Part shown: positions 51,400 through 61,412 of the stretch, one piece after another
How the letters are laid out: each line of letters begins with the position of its first letter
How positions within the stretch are numbered: position 1 is the stretch's first letter
From: Azolla caroliniana
Taxonomy: Eukaryota; Plantae; Polypodiophyta
Direction: 5' to 3'
Length of the DNA: 64,000 nucleotides
Assembly: GCA_043228905.1 (NCBI GenBank)
Contig: JBHGNT010000013.1
Span: 3,286,001 to 3,350,000 of the forward strand
Program-made: the position numbers and the translations under genes
The notes under the pieces: model-generated
Databases searched by the model: none
What the model was told of the DNA's origin: nothing
What the model saw: the letters and a program-made list of their open reading frames with translations, nothing else

Positions 51400-52352
51400 T
51401 AGTACTATGTTGTCAATCCAGAGTACTACGCATCCATTAATATTGATTTAGTACAAATACAAAACAAAGCATAGCACAACGTATCCATGTAGAACACTCT
51501 ACACTGATTAAAAGATAAATAGTATTATGTTGTCAACCAATAGTACTTAGCATCCATTAATACTAATTTAGTACGAATACATCACAAAGCATAGTACAAT
51601 GTGTTCATGGAAAACACTCTACATGTATTAAAAGATAATTAGTACAAACTCTTCAATATTGAACAATACTATGGTGCTGACGGCGAGTACTTTACATCCA
51701 TTAATACTGATTTAGTACAGATAAAACACACAACACAGTACAATGTGTCCATGGAGAATACAACATGGATTAAAAGATAATTAGTACAAACTCTTCAATA
51801 TATGACAGTACTATGAGTACAAGACATGTACTTTACATCCTTCAATAAATACTGATATAGTACAGATACAACACACAATACAATACAATGTGTCCATGGA
51901 GAACACTCAACATGGATTAAAAGATAATTAGTACAAACTCTTCAATATAGGACAGTATTATGAGTACACGACATGTACTTTACATCCTTCAATAAATATT
52001 GATTTAGTACAGATACAATACAGTGTGTCCTTGGAGAACACTCAACATGGATTAAAAGATAATTAGTACAAACTCTTAAGGACGGACAATATTATGAGTA
52101 CAAGACGAGTACTTTACATCCTTCAATAAATACTGATTTAGTACAGATACAACACACATTACAATACAATGTGTCCATGGAGAGCACTCAACATGGACTA
52201 AAAGATACTTAGTACAAACTCTTAAGAACGGCCAATACTATGAGTACAAGACGAGTACTTTACATTCTTCAATAAATACTGATTTAGTATAGATACAACA
52301 CACAACATAGTACAATGTGTCTATGGAGAACACTTCACATGGATTAAAAGAT
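51398..52352. repeat. Tandem array, about 7 units of 120-148 bp, AT-rich
   Basis: Recurring AAAGATAATTAGTACAAACTCTT / CATGGAGAACACTCAACATGG at ~51511, 51631, 51773, 51921, 52055, 52201, 52347. Confidence 0.9.
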
Positions 52353-52429
52353 TAAAAACACATATTCAAGTGACAAGATGGTACTATGTGATCAATCAAG
52401 AACACATATTCAAGTGACAGGATGGTACG

Positions 52430-53790
52430 ATTAGGACCCAAAAGGATTTGTTTTTGATGCTCAAATGTAGGTTCCCCTGGACGAAGTTCCATATAAGAGC
52501 GCCAAGAAAGAGCATCTGCTTTTCCTTGCTGCATCCCAGGGTGATATATGATGATAAAGTCGAAGTGAGTCAAAAATTGCGCCCATCGGGCTTGTTGTCG
52601 ACTCAAGACTCGATCATTTTGGAAATAAGTCAGGTTCTTATGATCATTGTAGACAATGATCTGCTAAGAAGAACCTTCTAGGAAATGTCGCCATTGTTGA
52701 AACGAATCCACGATTGCAAGAAGCTCTTTGTCATGGATCTCGTAGTTGATCTCTGCAGCTTCAAACTTTCGTGAATGAAAGGCGACAGGGTGTAGCTGTC
52801 CATCATCTCCAGTCTGTGAGAGGACACTCCCTAGTGCAAAATCGGATGCATTGGCTTCGAGGATGAAGCGTTTTGTTGGGTCGACATGTGCTAAGATAGG
52901 TGTCGTTGTAAATGCTCGTTTTAAGCTTTCGAATGCCTCGGCTGCATCTAAACTCCATATAAATGGTTGATCTTTATGTGTGAGCTGAGTAAGCGGAAGC
53001 AGAACCTTGGAATAATCTTTAATAAATTTTCGATAAAAATTTGCAAACCTAAGAAAACATTGCACATCACGCACTGAAAGTGGCGTTTGCCATTCTAAAA
53101 TTGCTTGTACCTTCATGGGGTCCATAGCAATACCATTTGACGATACAACATACCCCAAAAATTCCACTTGATTCTGGCCGAAACTACACTTTTCTAATTT
53201 TTGCATAGAGACCATATTCTCGGAGTCGACGCAGTACCTGATGAACATGTTTGTCATGCTCCTCTTGGGTCTTTGAGTAGATTAAAATATCATCTAGGTA
53301 AACTATAGTGAAGATATCAAGAAAATCTCGAAAAATATTGTTCGCCATATGTTGGAAAACAGCAGGTGCATTCGTGAGACCAAATGGCATCACTGTATAC
53401 TCAAAATGTCCATAGCGAGTGCGGAAAGTTGTCTTCCATTCATTCCCCAGGCGAATCCGAACTAGATTATATGCTCCGCGAAGGTCCAACTTCGTGAAAT
53501 ATTTTGCACCACTGAGACATTCCAAAAGATTTGGGATTAATGGTAGAGCATATCTATTCCGGATAGTCACTTTGTTTAGCCCTCAATAATCCACGACTAA
53601 CCGAAGAGTCCCATTCTTCTTCTTAACGAAGAAGATAGGTGCACCAGCAGGGGATCTAGAATGCCAAATGAATTTGTTTGCCAGATTCTCATCAATATAT
53701 TCCCGCAAAGTCTCTAGCTCTACAGGGGAGAGATTATAAATTGGGCCCCATGGAGGTTCTTTCCCTGGTTGTAAGTCAATAGGGCGATCG
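52430..53790 (-). mobile_element. Tcn1-like chromovirus Gypsy fragment (RT-RNase H)
   Basis: [32 protein letters not shown]. Confidence 0.9.
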
Positions 53791-56700
53791 CACTACGCCA
53801 AAGGATCCGGAAAAGCCGGAAAAGGGTCGATCTTCGTGATGAGACACGAAGCAAAGTCGATGAAGAAGATCACCCCGAAGTCGGACGAGGTGTGGTACGT
53901 CGACTCCGGCGCGTCAAACCACATGACATGCCACAAAGAGTGGTTCTCGTACCTGGAAAAACCGATGCAACTGGGAGTAGTCGCAATCGGAGATGACACT
54001 CCGCATCCGATCGCGAATGTCGGTGAAGTTCCCTTGAGCCATGTCAGGCAGAAAGGGAAACTTATGAACGTGTTACACGTCCCCACAATCACGAAGAATC
54101 TAGTGTCGGTCTGGCAGATCATCAACCAGGGGATGCAAGTCCAGTTTACGCATCTTGGGTGCTTCATCGAGGAAGAAGGCGGAGTTATTGCGCAAGGACG
54201 CAGAGACGGCAGGATGTTTATCCTGGACTCTAGTGACGGTGGCACTGCAATGTTCGCGAAAGGAAAAAAAGTTGAGTCGGATATCAACTTATGGCACAAG
54301 CGGATAGGTCACGTAAACTATCAACGACTTCAGGACCTGCAATCGAAACATGTGTTTGGATTGCCCAAATTTTGTGGCTGAAAGGCGCAAATTTCTGAAG
54401 CCTACCAGCTAGGGAAGCAACACCGACTTCCTTTCCCTAACGAGCGTAACCGGAGCCGCAACCAGCTCGACTTGATACATTCTGATGTATGGGCGCAGAC
54501 ACAAAACGTTGGTCTTGGCAGGAGTCGATATTTTGTCTCCTTCATCGACGACTATACGCGGCACACGTGGATCTACCTCATCAAGAAGAAGAGTGAAGTC
54601 TTCGACTGTTTCCGGGACGTCAAGAGTTTCGTCAAAAGGGAAACAGGAAGAAAGATCAACTGCCTGCAAACGGATAGCGGAAAAGAATACTTTTCCTGTG
54701 AATTCAATGACTATCTGCAACATATGGGAATTCGGTGTGAATTCAGTTATAGATACACACCGGAGCAAAACGGCGTGGCCGAGAGGAAGAACCGGTCAAT
54801 TGTAGAACCGGCATGAGTAATGCTGGAGGAGAAGAGCTTGCCCAAGTTCTATTGGGCCGAGGCGGTACGAACCGTGGTATACATCCAGAATCGGATCGGA
54901 GACAAAGTGTCGGCGCATGAGCAATATTTCAGAATGAAGTCGAACCTACGAAACTTGAGAGTTTTCGGTAACATTGCGTATGTGCATGTGCCGAAGGAGA
55001 AACAGAGGAAGTTGGATGTGAAAGGCGAGAAGTGTATCTTGGTCGGCTACTCGGACGAGCAAAAGGGTTATAAGTGTTATAACCCTCGCACCAAACAAGC
55101 GTGCATGAGCCGTGACGTTGTGTTCGACGAGTCCAAGTCCTGGTACTTGCCTCCGACTCCGGACCTCACCTCTAGTCCGAGTTCTGACGATGAGGTCAGA
55201 GAGGCTGAGATGCCTCCGAATGAACCTGAAATCGGGACCCACGAAGAGAGTCCGATTTCGTTTCGGTTAAGCAGACCGAATGGACGATTGAGTCGGTTCG
55301 ACCAGTCTGATGAAGAACTAGCGAGTAGTGGAGACTTGGCCGTGCATTTCCCACGTAGGAAGCCGAGGAGATGGCTTACGCGCAAAGAGAAAGGGAAGAA
55401 GAAGGTGTCAGATTACGGCACGGATAGGAACGAGTCGGATCGACGCGAGTCCGACTCCGAGGGCAGTGATGACGGGTCTTCAACAGCGAAGTCCACATCG
55501 GCTAAAGAAGCCTCCACATCGGCTAATGAACAATTACGCCGATCTACCCGCCAGAAGAACCCTGCTGTGCGGTTCGGATACAATGAGTACATTGCACATC
55601 ACTATGCGTACATGACCCGTGTAGCAGAAGTGCATGAGCCGGAGAGCTACGTAGAAGCGGCGAAGGATGCAAATTGGCATGCCGCAATGGAGGAAGAGGT
55701 GTGCGCATTGGCGGAGAATGAAACCTAGGACCTGGTTGACGCACCAAAAGGTGTGAAGCCGATCAGATGTAGGTGGGTGTACAAGATCAAGTACAACACC
55801 GATGGCTCAGTCAACCGATACAAGGCCCGGTTAGTAGTGAAAGGCTACGTGCAGAAACACAACATTGACTACGATGAGACGTTTGTGTTGGTCGCAAAGA
55901 TGACAAACGTTCGTGTTTTGCTTGCGGTAGCTGCGGCAAAGGGGTGGCACTTACATTAGATGGATGTAAAGAATGCGTTCATGCAAGGTGAGCTTGAGGA
56001 ACAGGTGTACATGGTACAACCCCCCGAATTTCACTCCGAAACGAACACTTCGGTAGTTTGCCGATTGAAGAAGTCCCTTTACGGACTAAAGCAAGCCTCG
56101 CGTGCCTGGAACGCGAAGATCACGCAACGATTGCGTCGGTTGGGCTTTGTGACGTCAAAATCGAACTCCTCACTGTCCATCTGGAAAGGTCAACTCGGGC
56201 CGGTTAGTATTTTACTTTATGTTGATGACTTGGTCATCACTGGCGCCAACCTAGGTGAGATAGACCACGTGAAGCTCCAGCTTGTGGCATCATTCGACAT
56301 GAAGGATTTGGGGGACCTTCATTACTTCCTCGGGATCGAAGTGGTTCGCATCCCCGAAGGCATACTGATTAGCCAACGACATTACATGCTGAGTATGCTC
56401 TTCAAATTTGGGATGGCCGACTGTAAGTCCGTCTTGACTCCTCTGGATAGAACCGTCAAGCTTCGCCCCAATTCTGGAAAGGTATGCGACCCGACAAGGT
56501 TCCGATAGATAGTTGGAAGCCTTATATATTTAACCATCACCTGACCAGATCTCAGCTACCGGGTCGGGGTGATTAGTCAATTCATGGCGAGACCAACCGA
56601 GGAGCACCTTCAGTGTGCACAACGCGTACTCCGGTACGTCAGTGGCACTAAGGACCGGGGGCTACTATATCGGACCGATACTGCCGTGCAGTTGGCCGGT

Positions 56701-58096
56701 TACACCAATGTTGATTGGGTCGGAAATGTCGTCGATCATCGATCCACGTCCGGTTTCGCGTTCTCTCTTGGGAGTGTCGCGATCGCGTAAAGTAACAAGA
56801 GGTAGCCGACAGTTGCGTTGTCGAGCACCGAAGCTGAGCATAGAGGAGCAGTTGTCGCAACATGCGAAGCCATATGGTTGAAGCGGCTACTTAAGGACCT
56901 GCAGGTGGCGGTATCCGATCCAACGACAATCTACTGTGGTAACCTTAGTAGCATCCAGCTAGCTAAGAACCCCATCTTCCACGCCTGGAGTAAGCACATT
57001 GAGGTGCACTACCATTTCGTCCGTGAGCGTGTCCGTGAGCATGTCCTCTCCAGTGAAGTCGAACTTCTGTATGTTCCAACGGATCGGCAGAACGCCAAAA
57101 TCTTCACCAAGTCTCTTGGTCTGGATAAGTTGCGGCAATTCTCGGATGCGCTTGGGTTGCGTCACCTCGATGTGCTGAACTGGAGGGGGAGAAACGTCCA
57201 TGATGACCACGGAAGGGAGCAGGAAAGGAGCGGAGAAGATCGTGATGTCGAGTCGGATGACGATTTCGATTTCGGATCGGCTGAAGAAGCCGAGGGCAGA
57301 TCTGCGGAAGAGTCGGAAAGCGGACATAAGGGGAGCAATCGAAAGGAAGAGCCGAAGCCAAGCAAGCGTGGGGGAGACGAACCCATCAAGGGTGAGAAAA
57401 CTGAAGATGAGTTGGAGACAACCAACTCAGACGAGAGCGGAAACCGATCGGAGGAAGCCGAGTCGGTTCAGATGTTTGATTCGGATACACTGAATCAACC
57501 AAGGGTCAAGTGGAAGAGGAGAGGCGCCAACACCGTAATAGCAAGGAAGCTGAGAAGGGCCGTGTAAGCAGACAAGCCGATTGGAAGGTTCGAGGCACGA
57601 GGAATCAAATAGGTCGAGGAGCGCGAGCAAGGCGTTAAGGCAAAAGGAACTGGAGCTTAGATCCAGAAGAGCGGATGGAACCTCAAGTTGAGCTTGAGGG
57701 GGAGTGTTGAGTACAAGCTCAACATCGTCCAGATCGGTTGTGCGAGCCGAGAACCGGATCGGTTGGGATCGATCGGTTAGGCCGGACCGGTGCTTAAACC
57801 GAAAGGCCGTTAGAGAGATATTCCTCGTAAGGAATAATTTTGGGAGTGAGTGTCAAGGCTCATTTATGAGCAGTCAAGTATTGTCAATACTTGTGTCAAC
57901 CCGATTGTTAGGGCTTGTATAAAAGGTGCTCATTGAGCACGGTGTATGTATAGATTGAGTATTATTTTGAATTGAGTTTCTGTGTGTTCTCTCTCTCTGT
58001 CTCTCCCGCGTACTGTGTATATTCAAGCTCTCCATTAAACTTGCGTATTTTCTGTGTTAGGTTTTCTATTGCTTCCGCACATAATCTTTTTCAACA
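53791..58096 (+). mobile_element. Copia I (family of C), 5'-truncated, with 3' LTR 57705..58096
   Basis: WYVDSGASNH, integrase, LLYVDDL, RNase H, PPT AGGGGGAG, LTR TGTTGAG..TCAACA. Confidence 0.92.
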
Positions 58097-58169
58097 TGGT
58101 TGACCCTCCCCGACAGTGTAAACCGACCGGTTGTAAATGAGTATATAAGGTGAAGTACAATGCTGACGG
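58097..58169 (+). mobile_element. Short Copia RT remnant (host of elements I and J)
   Basis: Translates to VDPPRQCKPTGCK*VYKVKYNADG, matching D at 17152..17225. Confidence 0.8.
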
Positions 58170-59149
58170 TGTAGTGAAGATTTTCGGCAATAGTGTGAAA
58201 ATCCCATAAAACGTACGAAATCGAGTATGAATCACGTAATACAATAATTGTGAAGATAACATTTTTAATATCTAAGTACAAAATGATGGAGGTTTCGAAT
58301 GCACTTTATTACACGAGAAATGGACAACTAAATGTCAAGATATGAGGGTATAAAGTTTGTGAAAAGAAAAGAGAAAATTGTGAGATATCCCACATAGGCA
58401 CGACAAATACGGCTCTCATCATATATAAGGTGGAGCAAAAGATATTATCTTTGTGTCTATGTGTGGAGCATAGAGAGTTCAAGGTAACTTGAACTAAGAG
58501 TGGAGGTGGCTAGCTACTCGTAAAGGGTTTTGGCCAACCAAAACTGGACCGGCGACGGAGCCGGTGATCCGACGGCAGCATGCGGCACTGGTATCCGGCA
58601 TCGGCATCCGGCGGCGGCACCGGCGTCCGGTGACTAGATAAAATAAATATATACATATATATACATATTTACATATACAAGGAGGGCAAGTATGGATTCG
58701 AACCTTGCACCTCCAAGTTAGGAGTCAATTGGCTTACCATTAAACCATGCTATTTAGTTAAAATTATATTTCTATCATTGTACTTTTACATGTAAATTCT
58801 CATACATGAGAGCTAAAATGAGTGACATGGTTAGCATGCACCACATGTAATACTTAAGCGCCAAATGGCAAACATTCAATTTATGCATGTCTTGTACCCT
58901 CACATGCATCATATGCATGAGAGCATCTATAAAAGAGGGAAGGGGGAGGAGAAAAAACACGATTTTTTTTTATGAAAATTAAGAGGAAGAAATTCGTTTT
59001 CAAATCAATCGTGTAATCTCAACTTCTCTCTTTCCCAATCTATCTTAAGTACTTTCTCGCCAAAGCTTGTATCGACTCTAAATCCTTTTGGTTCAGAACC
59101 CCGGCGGTTCCGCCTCACGATCCGCGCATAGTGACGGATCTTCACGACA
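58170..59149 (+). repeat. 5' LTR of Gypsy J
   Basis: TGTAGTGAAGAT..ATCTTCACGACA terminal inverted repeat; TATA near 58928. Confidence 0.88.
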
Positions 59150-59157
59150 TAATTAAG

Positions 59158-59175
59158 TGGTGAACCAGACGTGAA
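59158..59175 (+). promoter_or_regulatory. PBS, tRNA-Trp
   Basis: TGGTGAACCAGACGTGAA; 17/18 complementary to the plant tRNA-Trp 3' end as recalled (TTCACGTCGGGTTCACCA). Confidence 0.8.
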
Positions 59176-59216
59176 CGAGGCGGTAGGAAGGATCAAGTCG
59201 AGATTAATACTTGGAG

Positions 59217-61412
59217 ATGGGGTCCTCAAGCAACCAAGCGGGAGAGCTCGAAAGGATGATGCTAATCGTCAAGCAAATGATGAGATCTCGGGACAACGAC
59301 GCGAGCGTGGAGAAGGCTGTCGATCGTGTCGTAGAGCTCGAGGGCCAATTCGATGGAAGGAACGTTACGAAGTTCCTTGATGCATATAAGAGGGAAATGA
59401 ATCAGAGGGACGTGTCCGAGGCACGTCAAATCGCAAGCTTCAAGAGAGTTGTCGCCAACAACATCCAAAGACGCGTCATCGAGCTTCAAGAAGGTAAGAC
59501 AACATGGTCCGAGTTCGAGGAAACGATACTAGCGGAGTTCGTGACTGAAGACTCAACGAGGATGACTCGACATGCCCCGATGAAGTGGATAGAGAAGAAG
59601 AATAAGAAGATGAGCGTCTCGAGGGTGTACGACGAATTCGACCAGATGTTTAGTCGTCTCCCCAATACGGACCAAGTGTTGCTTGAAGAGGACAAGACTT
59701 TGTACTTCTTGAAGGCCATGGACATAAAGGATAGACGGGAGTTGGGGACTCTTCTCGAAGATGATACCCAAGCAAATGGGCTCGTAGCGGATTGGATCGC
59801 GGTGAAGCGGGCATGCAATAGGCTCGACAAGCGTCGCCAATGGGTTGATGACACCGACTTGACGGGACCGACTACCACGGAAAAAGCAAGACCGCCGAAA
59901 GTAGCTAAGCCGCTGAGACAAAGTAACGTGGAAGAAAAGAAGATTGATGACGACATCATTGAAGAGCTAGCGAAGAAGTTCGAGAAGGTCACGCTAGCCA
60001 ACATGAATCGTCGGGGCCCTAAAGGAAAAGAACCCTTTAGATGCGTGTGGTGCGATAGCATGGACCACATGAGAAGGGATTGTGCTAGCCTTCGAGAGGC
60101 GATTCGACAAAATATCGTATACATAGAGGACAACATGATCTGCTCAAGCGAGACTAGAAGACCCCTACGGGTGAATTTCGGAAGAGGAGGAATGAAGAGA
60201 TCTATGGAGGATGCCGATGCGACTCATGTGGATGCGATGCACTATGTTGCGTCGGCCGGAATAAGAGTCGGGAAAGACAAGACTGAAGCTGCTAGAGCGG
60301 GAGCAAAGTTTTGGACTTCCGTTCTCGAATATGAGAAGAAGGGAAAAATCACATCGAAGGAGGTAGAGCTTGCGGACCGAAGCGTGCAAAGCATAACCGG
60401 GTGGTCGGATCCGGTGGACGACAACACCATACTCGCAGAGGTGATGTGCGACAACCACGAGGTGTTCGTCGAAGAAAAGAGAAAGAGAATAGAAGAGCAA
60501 GGGCCATCAAAAAGACATGAAACAAGGAATGCGAAAAAGAAGGACGATGCGGAGACGAGTCGACCTTTACAAACGGAGGAACGAGAATCAAGCCGAAAAG
60601 GGGAGCCGAGCATACGAGTTGAAGAAACAGTTCGGCCCGTGAAGGTTGGTGTCGAAGACCCCGCTCGGAGGACAAGGATCATACGTACCTATAAGCTAAG
60701 GTCGGACATAGAGCAGACGACGGACCTAAAGAAGATTCTCGAAGAACGAGTTCTTGATAGCCACGTAACTTTGTCCTTGAGGGAATTGCTTGGCATTACG
60801 AAGGAGTTCCATGACACGATCGTGGACCTTGTTAAGAGAAAGAGACAACAATCGGACGAGGAAGAAGAGAAGCCGCAGAAAGCAAAAACGAATGCCATAA
60901 CGATGGCAAGAGACGAAATCGATGAAGATATGGTGGACAGCCACTACACTCGACCTCATTGGGCACGAGCGACAACGGAGACGCCGGTGAAGATCGGGGA
61001 GAAGAAAGAGACCGTCGTGGCCTGGATCGACCACGGCTCGGAGATCAACCTCATGTCAACCGACTTCTACAAAAAGGGAAGATGGCCAATCAATACAAAC
61101 CATGGATGGAAGATTCGCACGGCAACAAAGTCTACGGAGGACTTGTACGGAGCTTGTCCCAATGTCAAAGTCACGATCGGGGATGTGGAGATGGATCAAC
61201 ACTTCTTCGTACAAGAATCGGCGTCACATCCTGTCATCCTAGGGCAACCTTATATCACATCATCTCGGATGGAGACCAAAGTGTTTGATAATGGAGTAGC
61301 CTTCGCACGAATAAAGAGTCTTGACAACCAAAGATCGGTCCAATTCCTAACGTTGCGAGCCAATCATGAAAGGAATCGAGATAGTCTCGGAGGCGAATCC
61401 TCGGATTTTTAG
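59217..61412 (+). CDS. Gypsy J gag-protease
   Basis: FDGRNVTKFL; knuckle CVWCDSMDHMRRDC; protease IDHGSEIN..ILGQPY; ATG at 59217. Confidence 0.9.
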   Translation: MGSSSNQAGELERMMLIVKQMMRSRDNDASVEKAVDRVVELEGQFDGRNVTKFLDAYKREMNQRDVSEARQIASFKRVVANNIQRRVIELQEGKTTWSEFEETILAEFVTEDSTRMTRHAPMKWIEKKNKKMSVSRVYDEFDQMFSRLPNTDQVLLEEDKTLYFLKAMDIKDRRELGTLLEDDTQANGLVADWIAVKRACNRLDKRRQWVDDTDLTGPTTTEKARPPKVAKPLRQSNVEEKKIDDDIIEELAKKFEKVTLANMNRRGPKGKEPFRCVWCDSMDHMRRDCASLREAIRQNIVYIEDNMICSSETRRPLRVNFGRGGMKRSMEDADATHVDAMHYVASAGIRVGKDKTEAARAGAKFWTSVLEYEKKGKITSKEVELADRSVQSITGWSDPVDDNTILAEVMCDNHEVFVEEKRKRIEEQGPSKRHETRNAKKKDDAETSRPLQTEERESSRKGEPSIRVEETVRPVKVGVEDPARRTRIIRTYKLRSDIEQTTDLKKILEERVLDSHVTLSLRELLGITKEFHDTIVDLVKRKRQQSDEEEEKPQKAKTNAITMARDEIDEDMVDSHYTRPHWARATTETPVKIGEKKETVVAWIDHGSEINLMSTDFYKKGRWPINTNHGWKIRTATKSTEDLYGACPNVKVTIGDVEMDQHFFVQESASHPVILGQPYITSSRMETKVFDNGVAFARIKSLDNQRSVQFLTLRANHERNRDSLGGESSDF

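Noticed and set aside
51398-52352. CRISPR-like regular repeats
   Set aside because: Whole units are homologous, with no unique spacers and no cas genes; eukaryotic tandem repeat
58097-58110. TGG after LTR I, suggesting a PBS
   Set aside because: It is RT coding sequence (LVDPPR) of the host Copia, and the LTR follows a PPT
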